From: Azolla caroliniana
Lineage: Eukaryota > Plantae > Polypodiophyta
Assembly: GCA_043228905.1 (NCBI GenBank)
Contig: JBHGNT010000006.1
Coordinates: 2,294,001 to 2,358,000, forward strand
Reading direction: 5' to 3'
DNA length: 64,000 nt
Shown here: piece after piece, positions 13,323 through 26,200 of the stretch
How positions within the stretch are numbered: position 1 is the stretch's first letter
How the letters are laid out: every line of letters starts with the position of its first letter
Made by a program: the position numbers and the translations under genes
Notes under the pieces: model-generated
What the model was told of the DNA's origin: nothing
What the model saw: only the letters and a program-made list of their open reading frames with translations
Databases searched by the model: none

Positions 13323-16300
13323 ATGGCTGGAACTACCATCTCCCCTGTTTCCTGTTTCTGCAATCCTAGAAGGAGCAAGCTCACTTCATCATTCATTCCT
13401 CCTCGCCCTTCTTCTTCCTCTCCTTCCCCTTCTTCTTCTTTGTATTATCCTCCCCGACGACTCTTTCTTGTCTCACCCCGAGCTGTCTCCGACTCTCGTA
13501 ACGATGATGCTTGTTTGGACCCTGCTGCAGGAGAAGTATAGTATTTTAGCTTCTCTTACACTCACTCTCAACATTGCATTTACCATATAAATTTTGCATT
13601 GTGTCATGTACATGTCCATGGGAAAATGGAATACTACATATGTGTGGTTTATCTATGGAAAAATCAGATGTTGCACATGTAAATGAAATCGCGCACATGG
13701 ATATGGCAAATGAAATGTTTCTCTATGCATGTTGCAAATGAAATGTTAGTCAATGCATATTGCAAATGAAATGTTGCTCATGAATGTTACGAATGCAATG
13801 TTTCACATGAATGTTACAGACACATGGTTTCACATGATGTCGCGACACAACAATTTCAATGTTACACAATATCAGGGTCTCTTCTAATAGAGAAGGTTAA
13901 AGAAACATAGTGGGGATCAGGGGGTAATTTGCCCCGAGTTTGAATTTCATTTTCACTTGAACAGAAGCAAGTCTATCTTGGAAATGATGCTGTCATTGTA
14001 TTTCCTATGATGAAAATATTGCAGTCATTGTATCTACCATTTCAGAGATGATATATTGATCAATGATCCTGGATATTGTCTCTATTCTCTTCTAAGAATG
14101 CAAGTTAAAAAGAATTCTGGCATAACAATTTTGGAAACGATTTTGATCATATGAAGGAGCATATATGGTTCCTTTTATCTCTCAATGGCTTTGGATGCCG
14201 CTTTTGAGAAAGTTTTCATCTTTTGTAAGAGAAGCATAAAGAAAGGATGCTACACCTATCACTGGATAACCTACAGCTGATTTTGAACAGTATTCTCACT
14301 CAAGTATGAATAGTAATCACATCTGATTATCATTGTATTTATCCACCCTCGTATTTCTTTTTCTTTCTTGGGTTTCCAGAGTGTCCTTAGTATCATTCTT
14401 GGAGGAGGTGCTGGGACGAGACTCTATCCTCTCACCAAGAAGCGAGCGAAGCCAGCTGTGCCACTTGGTGCCAACTATCGTCTCATTGATATCCCAGTCA
14501 GTAATTGTATCAACAGTGACATCAGAAAGATCTATGTCCTTACTCAGTTCAACTCGGCATCACTGAATCGCCATCTATCCAGAGCATACGCAAGTAATAT
14601 GGGTGGCTACAAACGTGAAGGTTTTGTGGAAGTTCTTGCTGCCCAGCAAAGCCCTGAAAATCCCAATTGGTTTCAGGTACATTGATTGCATGCAACTCAA
14701 GCATATACATATATAATCATAATTCTTTGGGAAAGACAAAAAATACATTAACTTGCTGTGTTATATCAGAATACCCCTAAAATTTTAAACATTACCTACC
14801 CCTTTGTAATCATAAATTTTATACTGGGGAGGGTTATTGTCATAGTTTTTGGAAACAAGAAGCTATTTAACCCTAATTGTAATGGCTAATGAATGTGTTT
14901 GTCTGTTATGGGAAAGGGTACTGCAGATGCTGTGAGGCAGTATTTGTGGCTTCTTGAGGAACAGCAAGTCATGGAGTTTTTGATCCTTGCTGGAGATCAT
15001 TTGTATAGGATGGATTATCAAAAGTTCATCCAGGTGCATCGGGAGTCAAACGCAGATATTACTGTTGCAGCTTTGCCAATGGATGAGAAGCGAGCCACTG
15101 CATTTGGATTGATGAAGATAGATTCAGAAGGTCGTATTGTTGAGTTTGCTGAGAAGCCGAAAGGAGAGTTCTTGAAGGCCATGAAGGTGTGCTCTGTAAT
15201 ACAGAAATTTGACCTTGTCTTTGATATTCTAGAGTTCAGGTTTACAAAAACCATTCTTCGGAATATGTTATATATGGTTCTTCTAGGTTTAGTGTTTGGA
15301 AATCCCCATTCTTATCAATATGTTAAGACATCAAATTATGTATGCTACTACTATGCTTAGTAAAAGTTCCTTATTGCTTATTGATTGTTTCAGGTAGACA
15401 CTACTATTCTTGGTTTGGATGAGGCAAGGGCCAAAGAGCTCCCTTTCATTGCCAGCATGGGTATCTACGTTATCAGCAAAGATGCAATGATCAAGCTTTT
15501 AAGGGATGACTTCCCACAAGCAAATGATTTTGGTAGTGAGGTTATTCCTGGTGCTACTTCACTTGGCATGAGGGTAAGAGTTAAAATTACATTTCAAGCA
15601 TTGCCTTGCTTTATTTACAAATTTTTATATAAAACTCTGGTGCATTTTGTGGATTTGTAGGTGCAAGCATATCTTTTTGATGGTTACTGGGAAGATATTG
15701 GAACCATAGAAGCCTTTTATAATGCTAATTTAGGTATTACAAAGAAGCCATTCCCTGATTTCAGGTATGTCTAGATTATATGTTCGTCTTTGGCTCCTCT
15801 CTGAGATGCAGGATAAACGAGGGTTTGAAGTTGTTAAAATAGAAGTGGTTTATTCTCAGCTTCTATGACCGATCATCCCCAATTTATACACAAGCTAGAT
15901 TTTTGCCTCCATCAAAGATGGTCGATGCAGATATTACTGAGAGTGTTATAGGTGATGGTTGCATCATTAAGGTAAAACTGAGTTTATTATCATATGAGCA
16001 ATATACATACCATGCTAATTATTCATATATTGATTTGCTTTTGCTTTACACAGAACTGCAAAATACACCACTCAGTGATTGGATTGCGCTCATGGATTTC
16101 TGAAGGTGCAATCATCGAGGACACATTGCTTATGGGTGCTGACTATTATGAGGTACTTTAGAGCTTGTTTGGTAGTTAATTGGCAGAAACATTAGGAATT
16201 TATGTAGTAGATAGTTCACAGGAAACAATCTTGTTGGATTCTCACTCGAAAAAGAAATGTTGAATGATACAGTAGATCTATATAGTTAAATTTCAAAGCA

Positions 16301-16855
16301 AAATGAGGATAGGATCAAACTGAATGTATGGGGAAGCTCATGTTGCCTTAAGATAGATAAAATGGAAAAGCTTCTAATTGGCAAGGGCGTGATCCACTAG
16401 CCCAAGTCCAGGATTTCGATGTTCAAATATTCAAAGAAAGAATGTAATCTTTTACTTCCCTTAATCTAATATGTTCTATCCTATTCCCAATTTGCAAGAC
16501 TGATGAACAACGACAAATTGTCACCAGCAATGGTGGTATTGCTGTTGGAATTGGTCGCAATTCCCATATCAAAAGGGCTATTGTTGATAAAAATGCACGA
16601 ATTGGAGATAATGTCAAGGTAAAACACCATATATGTCACTTATTATATTATCTGCTTTGATGTTTCTTACAAAATCTCTCTATTATGTATTTAATGTAGT
16701 CAATGTAAGCATTTTTTATTATGTTTGCATGCCTACAGATAATCAATAGAGATAATGTGCAAGAAGCTGCACGAGAGACAGATGGATATTTTATCAAATC
16801 AGGCATTGTAACAGTCATCAAAGATGCTGCTATACCATCAGGAATAATAATCTAA
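13323..16855 (+). CDS. APS1: ADP-glucose pyrophosphorylase (glucose-1-phosphate adenylyltransferase) small subunit, plastid-targeted, 9 exons, about 503 aa
   Basis: Exons: 13323-13535, 14380-14676, 14917-15186, 15394-15573, 15661-15764, 15860-15971, 16054-16152, 16499-16618, 16739-16855 (TAA). Ser/Pro-rich transit peptide. Motifs: VSPRAVSDS...CLDP (small-subunit regulatory Cys), [99 protein letters not shown]. Confidence 0.97.
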
Positions 16856-19794
16856 GTCTAATCTTCTAAGGTTCAGATTACCACAGAAGACATGATTCTG
16901 TGAGAGAAAAAAGTCCACATATTTCTACAGTGGATGCAGCCCTCTATTTGGGTTGTTACTACTTTAGGAGTATTCATCAGGCATTGAGCTGTTGTGGTTG
17001 TGGATTCCATTGATTGTATTTGCCTTGTAGATAGTTGTACCTTAGCTGACTAGCTCCTAACTTTGAGGCTGATTGAGATCATCCTACAGTTCATCCCTCA
17101 ATATTCTTTTGATCCGACATTCGGTTGTGATGTTAATTTTTTTCCCTCAAATTTCATAATCAAACCTTGTTGGAAAAAGATCTTGGAACTCTACGTGTTC
17201 GAGTATATGGATTAATTTTTTTATCAAGAAATGGAAAGGATTTTCTGAAGCAATGGTTCTAGAGCTAGTCGATTAATTCGTCAACAAAACTCACGGCATT
17301 TGTTCACTGATTGCCAAGTTACCTTATCAACTGGCCAAGTGCTTGAGTCATCAAATTGATCAATACTTATCTTGTTAGTTGGAACTTCATCTCATTGATA
17401 CATCCCATTTGAGTAATTGCATGCCCTTCAACAAACTTGGTGAGAATTTATGTAAGCAGATATCAATGATGAAAGTGGAGAGCATCTAGTTGAAAAATTG
17501 CTCAATGTTGCTGGAGTAGAATTAATCTCTTTGGCTGAAATAAGGTATTGAATTCAATATATTATTGATTGAAAATGGATAGAAACTAAGATCATTGTCA
17601 AATAAAAATTAAGAAGCTAGAGTTTAGTTGGCAATAATGAGAGTTGCCATTCCAAAATGGTTATCACAAAATTTGGCTATTTCGGAAAAATCTTAGTAAG
17701 ACATAAGGTCACTATGAAAATTACTTGAATCAAAGAAAAATCCCAAAGCCAAGTTGACCCAAGTAAAATTACAAACATTTTGTCATATTTGATGATAATG
17801 ACATGTAAAACTAGAATGGTGTATTACAAACGTTCCTTGTTGTAGTTTGAATAAAATATTCACACGATGATGCAGTACATGACCCAAACAGGTATATTAA
17901 TTTGGTAAAGTACAACATCCACCCACCTATGATAATTGTGATGAAAGATTCTTGTTTCCTTGACATATGGCTAAATAAAGTTAATACAAGACCTATATTT
18001 ACCACAATAAATGGTGAATCGTAACTTTTATTACACAATTGTTCAAACAAAATGTTCTTACATTACATGCTTCTTTTGATATTTTATAATGCAGAACTTT
18101 CCTTATGCATTGATGATACATACTCTCCAATATCCTTAATGACAACTAGATCATAGATACCCCAAACATGCAAGGATGCCTTTATAGTACCTTGATATTA
18201 AAGATAGCAGCTAAATGAAAGTATCACAGTGAGACAACCAGAAAAATATGAGCAGGAAAAAGTGGGTAAGACTAATAGGTCAAACGGGATTTCATTTACT
18301 ACAAGTTACCATAAACATGAGCTATGTGACTCTCTATTTACACTTACAAAGTCACACTACTCTTTATGAGTTATCCATACATTCTCCTACATGAATATGA
18401 TACATATACATATCCTACTAACATACACCTTATTTTCTAAAAGAGTAAGGCTATTAAAAGGATTGTGAAATATAAAGATGTAGCAATCTTATGCAAGCAT
18501 CCTCTTGAAGACTGCTCCAAGGATCATAAATCAGCGGACTCAAGATAGGTATAGAGAGAGTGAGAGTGTATGTGTGAGAGAGGGTGAATGAACTTGGACT
18601 TGCTAAATTTAAATGGTGGTGTGACTTCATAGGTTTTGTAATATTAAATGTTTAGCGGATGGGCTAAAATTTCAAGATTTGGCAATATTAGTTTCTTCCA
18701 CCAAATATTACTTGCATTTTCTTACTCCTTACCACATTGGGAAATATTTCAGAAATCTTTGTCGTGGAAATAGCCAAAACCTTCCAAAATCCTTGAGCAA
18801 CTACCATTGGGCTATGCATAACCCTATCTTTTCCCACATAAGGAAGGCATAAGTGTTTCCAATGTGTCCAACCTGCAGCTTAGACTCCACCTGACCAATA
18901 AGGCATTGCATCTTTTCCTACCATATGTATCTTTTTTCTGGGTGCAACTTCCCATGTGACTTCGAAATAAGGTAATTGTCCTAATTTTAATGCACTTTTC
19001 TCATCATAATGCATGTAACACTAATAACTCTATTGGCAACATCTAAAATGGCCTTGGGTGGATACACGAAGCCATCTCCTTTTCACCTTTTCATCAGAAT
19101 TCATTAAAGTTAAACCCTATAATGTCTAACTTTGAATCGTTTTAGGTCATGGGTAATGTGCTCTGTGACCATTAATTTTTCTGAAGGGTGAAGATCTCAT
19201 GTTGACGAGGAATTTACAATAATAGTATGGATGATATGGCAAACCAGGTGGTCACTAACCTCCATGGTATTGCCAGAATCACAAGTAATCATTGGTCAAT
19301 CAACCAGTCATTCGTCCTTCTATTATTGATTTGAATTCGATGTTGGCATATCTTACTTACAAAAAATCCTTGGGTTTCTTAGAGATACGGCTCATCGGCT
19401 TTGTGAATTATATTGTGTGTATAAATACTCTTAGCTCACCCTGGATGTAAGACTCAAAAAAAGCTTAATATTTTCTCAAAAGACAATCTGACAACTATTC
19501 AACTAATAAATAAATTCGATGGGCTTGGAATAATCAAAATAAGAGTAAATTTAGTGCAAAGTACAAAGACAAATACATGCTATAAATAAAATTGATTATA
19601 TAATGAAACAAGCAAATTGCTATGAAAAAATTTCTGAAGTTGGATCACTGTATATATTATTTCTGAAGAGTTTGTTGTCCACATTCATGTGGGCACTTAG
19701 TGCTGGAAAATATAATGGGCATCTAAGAATGATATAGAAAAGAAACCTTATACTGCACAAGCAATATCAGTGATATCAGAACGTAGAGCTATGT

Positions 19795-22700
19795 TCAAGC
19801 AAAGTACCTATGAAGACCGATATTTAGGTCTGAAGAAATCGAAATCAGCAAAGGAAGAGTATGATGCCAACAAGCTTTAAAGACCCTCTTCTGATGTGCT
19901 TTGATGCTTTGTGATGGCTCCTTTGAGTTGTATCGTATATCAAAGATGTGAATCTTTGGATCGGTTGATCCAGATGCAATATAGTAACCATTCGGAGACC
20001 AAGTTTGGTCGATGAGAGCTGATTGTGAATCACTTGTTTCTTGCTTCCAACCAAAGGTATGAAGCTCTGTGCGTTGGACCCGTATATCGAAAAGCCGCAG
20101 CTGTTGCCCTGGAGTTCTGTCAAGTCGAACATTTTTTTTAAGGTCAAGATAACAAAAATGCAAAAATATCAAAGTTTTTGTCCTTTGTAATGGGTTTAAA
20201 TTTATTGTGTAATGTTGGGATTTGAGTTTCAGGTTTTCAAATTTAAGTTTAAGGTTTGGGGTTTATGTTCAGAGTTTTTGGGTTTAAGTTAAGGATTTTA
20301 ATTCATACCCAGTTTGCACCATGAAAAGATTGAAGTCTGCTGGATTTGGTAGCACCCCCATAGCTTTACTTTCAAGCGTGTAGCGGGCATCGGACCTATT
20401 ATAGCGGATATCGTGTGCAACTACACGCTTGTCAGCTCCAGCTGATATTACAAGCTCTTTTTGCTGCAATCCAGCAACACCCATAACAGCTGAAGAATGT
20501 TGAGACCTATGTAAGGCCCTAGCTTTCCATTTCAGACCCTCATTGATATCTTTTTCTTCCCACAAGCATACAGCATGATCACTGCCACCAGTAACAAAAA
20601 CATCGTTACCCCAAGGCAAGAAGGCTACACTGTTTATTATTCCTTTGATGTGAGGCTTATCGTCAAGGAACTTGGTCTTCACCTGCAAACATTTCATAAA
20701 TGTTCAGATATACAATTATGATGCATAGGAAGTTTACAGATAGTTAAATGTGGATCAGCATTACTTTTGCTGATGAGTCTATAACTGCTACTTGACTATC
20801 TTGTCCATCTGCACTATAACAAGCAATTAAGCAATTTCCATTAGGGTGCCAAACCATATCTTCAGGCCACCTTCTTTGTTTTGGAGAAAGGCAATCTACT
20901 GAGCTAAGTGGATAGAGGTCATTCCTGTTAAGTAAAAAAAGCTAGCACTGTTAGATGAGAACAAACAAAACAAATAAATGCAACTGTCATTTCTCCATGT
21001 AAAAATGATGGAAATCCAACATTATGCTTAAAAGCATGCTCCAATATTTAATTCAGACACTTTTTTTCTTGCTCAATTTGGGATATTTCTGTTTGCACAT
21101 GTAATATCTATCACATTCTTTTCTTTTATGTTTCATCTGGGACAGTTGCTATATTGGCAACAGTTACGTATATAGTGAGTGATTAGCATAAGCACTATGT
21201 ACACTCTCTCTCATACAAAAGAAACACATTAAATATACTAATGGTAGAACATAGGGTATTGTGATTGTAAAGACAGTGAAAAAATAGATGTTGAAGTTGA
21301 CCCCTAGTTTAGTGCTAGAGATGTACCATATTGCAACCCCTCATTAGCAAGCTGTAAGATATTAAATGCATATAATCCTAACTCACACACCATATAGCTG
21401 AGACCTCATCATGACAAGGAAACTGAATATGGAAATGACATGCTAAAAAGAAAATGTATCAAAAGGTATGCAGAATAAATTGTCTAAACACAAACCATTT
21501 TCACAATATGAGAGCTATATGTCATTGAGGGAAAAAATAGGCATGCTGATGAAATTGAAGTTAAAGTCAGAATTGGCCAGGATAATGGCATTAAGTACTG
21601 AATAGATAGGAAATAGATATAGGAACAGAATTTCCATTGAAACTGAACTTTCTTCATATTATGGCTTGAAATGTGATGGATGGAGATGCCAAATCCACCA
21701 TTGCAAACTCTGAATGGTGCAAACATGTGGGAGAAACTATGAAAGCTTTCCCTAGTATAAAAGCAGCATTTTCTACAGTGCAATTTCTCCTCTAAAATAA
21801 TTATATTTCATGATATAAGAACTAAAAGTGCAATGTAGATGACAACATGAGATTTGGCATGTCCAATGCAGACATCCAAAGTAATATTGTTTTTCCTTTT
21901 TCTGACAAGTACGTGGCATGGAAAAGTAATTAATGAAGTGTCTCTCTAATGAATTTCAAGCATCTGTATTGAATTTCATTGAGATGGAATACCGAAAGCC
22001 ACCATACGCACACCAAGACATCATTGGAGACAGACATAATACAATCATCTAAACATACGCACACCAAGACATCATTGGAGACACCATGAAATCAAGAAAT
22101 TAAACATAGGAGTGAAATCTTCATACCCACTGCCGTGGATTTGCCACAAACTGATGATGCCATCCAATGCACTGCAACAACAGAAAAACTTAGATCATAC
22201 CATGTAATGTGCAAGCTCTTTTAAAATGCAAAGACACTTGGTCCAGCATTCAATCTTATTATACCTACTATTAACTTCATGACAACTATTCTATGTTCAT
22301 CAATTTGCATATTATAAAATTGGAAAGTCAGAAACAGGAACTCATTTTCCCAAAAGAAGGTAACAGAATCAACCTTCTCACAAACTGATCCAGCATGGAA
22401 GCTGATGTAATCACTTAATGTATTAAGTGGCAGACATCAGAAGGTTCGCCTTTAAAAACATGCTGAGGTATATATGCTGATGTAAAATGTGTAGAAAAAT
22501 AACTAATGTTTTCTCACCAATAAAAGCACTATCATAGCTTTTTCCATCACATAATTAGGGATGACAAAACATTTCCCACATCAGAAAGACATTGATAATT
22601 ACCTTGTTGCACAAATCTGTTCAGAGGTGGGGTTAATAGCCAGACTTCTCAGCTTGCGTTTATGTTGACTCATAACATAACTGGTTTGAAGTACTCTTAA

Positions 22701-23248
22701 AGCTTCAGGCGCACTACTTCTACGAATAGAAGGGACTAAATTAATAGTTTCTCTAGGTTCTGCATAAGCAAAGAAATGTAACAAATAATATTGAGTATGC
22801 ATATACATATTCCCAAAACAAGAAAAAATATGCTTATTGCCATATTTGAGTTTAAAATATTTTCATTGGTTGCCAATTTAAAAACATCATTAACGCAGAG
22901 AGATAAGAAGGAAACTTACCAAATGCAAGGTAGCAAATTTTACTACATCAATACATCTAGTGATTTATGTAGCAATAAGTTACATACATTGGGTTTTCAA
23001 CAAGTTCAGCTGATTTCACTTTCAAACATTTTACAGACAAGTTGAATATTCTGATCACACTTTCCATTTTTATCTTTATTATGATTTCCAGTTTCCTTCG
23101 TCTCTTTTTATCGTATTTACTTTTATATTTACGGAGTAATATTTATTTTATTTTGATTTGTTGATTTGTTGTTCTCAAAGACGAGACAACACTTAAGATG
23201 TAATCTCTTGTTTGGTCTTATAGGCCATTTTGGCCTCTTAAAAGACGT

Positions 23249-23299
<51 letters not shown>

Positions 23300-26200
23300 A
23301 CACTCTCTACTTTCAGTTTATGCCAGCATTTACTGCAACCGACTTTCTGAACCTCCCACTACATTGTCTTTTCCCTCTCCACTACTTTATCTCAGTATGC
23401 TCCTATGCATATTTTATCCCCCAACATAAATGCACTTTCTACAAACCCTGAACTCAATTTTGTATTTAAGGGCTTTGAGCCTTGCTAAGAACTACAGTTC
23501 TTGTTTCGTTTATTTTCCTGCTGCTGCTAGCAATCTTCGGCACTTTACCACTTTTCATAACAGCAAGTTCAAAAAATCAGATCTAACAATATTGATGGTT
23601 CTATTTCACATGCCTTCCATACTTTCTGTTTGCAAAGAGGTATTGCTTGTCATTTTCCATACCCAATTCTCCAGAACCAAATGGAGGGGTGGAACGGACG
23701 AATAAACTGGTCAAAGAAATGGCTCGATTGATGTTGTCTCAATCTGATCTTCCTCAGCTTTTGGGTTGAAGCTGTCCACACAGCTGTCTATATAATCACT
23801 CCACAAGTATAGGAAATCTTCAACTAAAAGAGAAGGCTTATCGCCAATAGAAAATGTACCAAAAGGCATTACATTCTTGCCTCTTGAGATTTGGCTTTTC
23901 GTGAACCATCAGTATAGGGGACTTAAAAATGAAAGAGAAGGCTAATTCCCAACAGAAAATGTACCAAAGGCATAACAATCTTGCTGCTTGACCCTTTTTG
24001 CAGCTATGATACTTTTTCATATTTAATCTCATTTATTAGCATTGGTAATCAGGTACATCATATGCATTATGTGTGTGTGACTGTGTCAAAAAATATATTC
24101 TTTAAAAGGGATTGGCATTTCATTTTGTTTCTGTGATTTGGATCTTCTTTTCCCTGTTCCAACATTGCTGTTTCCTAACATTTCAGTTGGTGTGGCAAAT
24201 ATGGAGCAGAGAAATATGACAAATGTCCCAAAGAGGCAATGAGAAATATATATAACTTCATATGCAAGTGAAGTTGATCACGATTCATGGTAAAGCTGGT
24301 AAACTGGTTCTTGACTTGGAGACACCAAATGAGCGGAAAGAACCCAAGGGATCATACACCACATTGGCACACAATGCAGAAAATAGGAATACATGTCCAT
24401 CCTTTGATTTTTATATGCAGAGGGATATCCTCACTAGAAGATTAGATGGACATGGTCAAGAGAATTGGACAAATGTGTTCTAGCTATAAATCCCCTTTAT
24501 GACAATTGCATAAGGTGAAATATATTGATATCTATTTGCTAGAGATAAGATATACATGGGGGACATAAGGCAGTATTCAATTGAATCTAATGGATAGCCA
24601 GATATAATGAGAAAGATAAGATATACATGGGGGACATAAGGCAGTATTCAATTGAATCTAATGGATAGCCAGATATAATGAGAAAGCTTATCATCAATAT
24701 CTCACCCTCCAACACGGATCAATTTTTTTCTTTGATGTTGGATCTAGGTGATTTACATATGGTATTTTGAGGAAAGTAATAAATGGACAAACAGCTGCCA
24801 AGTGCAACCTCCTAAAAAATGTATCTCTAACTTAACGTTCTCCCTTACCTACCTGTAATTTTTACGCAAAAAATTATGCCTAGATTCAGTTTGAGTGACT
24901 TTATAAGGCACATCTTAACAATTAGATGCACACACCAGAATCCAATTCTAGTTGGACGGAGCACATGGCCAATCATTGGCCCTTGACTGTTTCACACTGG
25001 CCCTGCAATATTGTCTTGCTCAATTTCAAGAGTTCCAAGGAGGAAGTCAAAATAAAACAAAATAAAATCATAAAAGAAAACACAAGTAACACTTATTGGT
25101 CATATCGTTTGAACATGCCACCCGAATGTATTCACAACGTTTAAAAAAATATCTCCCATGAATGGAGGAGGTTAAGACATTGATTACAAGACTATCCAAT
25201 ACAACTGTGCATCAACATTTTTTCTACTTCTCTTCCACCTCCAACTACAACCTACTAATATTTCACCTATCAACATTTAGTGTGCAATTGATCATGTATA
25301 TAGTTAAAGCTGACTTGTCAATTTGCCCTCACCATTTCTGCTCTCTTTTCTGCATTTCATCACGTTTTCTAATGTGACTGAAATTTTGGGTCTTTCTCTT
25401 GGCTCTTCCAGAGATTTCTGATATTTTCAAAGTTTCAGCTCCATGACTGAAAATGCCAAAAAGAGGGACACACATGTGATCAGGTATTCCATCCCATACA
25501 TGTGGGTAATACTTGAGCTGACATTTGCAGATGTCTCAGGAATCTGTCCCGTATTTGTAAAGTGACATGAGCCCGTTCTAATCCTATTTTTTTATGCAAT
25601 TTGCAATCGCAAATATCTACATAGTGTGACATAAGTGAAGGAATAAAATAAGTTTTAGTAGACATGTTTAAGACCAAAGAAACTTCGAATTTAAAGGAGA
25701 CTCGGCAAGAAAATCAATTTCGGAAATTTAAAAATTAGCAGAACGAGTTATGAGAGATTGTTATTTGAGGAATTCGGGGACAAGACGATGGCTTGGATGA
25801 ACAAGTGTGTGAATTTGCTATTATAGACAAGGTTACTGCTACCATTGAAGAGAGCTTTTGGACTTGGACAAAAGTAGACAAGCGATGTCAAACTTTTCTG
25901 CAGTATGAGGAGGTGAAAGTAAACAATTCTGAGAGTTATGGAGGTAGGAATTCTATTATGACAGCAATGAATGGATCCTTTTCAGGAAGACTTCAGTGAC
26001 ATCTCCAGTCAAAATACAGTGGGTTCCTAAGATAGCATTAACATTAGACGTTCAGCACAGTGAGAAGAATGGGTTGATGCTCACCATGATTAACCAAGTA
26101 TCTTGGAAAGACCTCTATTGGGGCTTATATTTCCCTACAATCTTCAGGAAACGCAAAGAGATGGCAATTTTAAAGGTTGATAGTAACAATCATAGATGGA

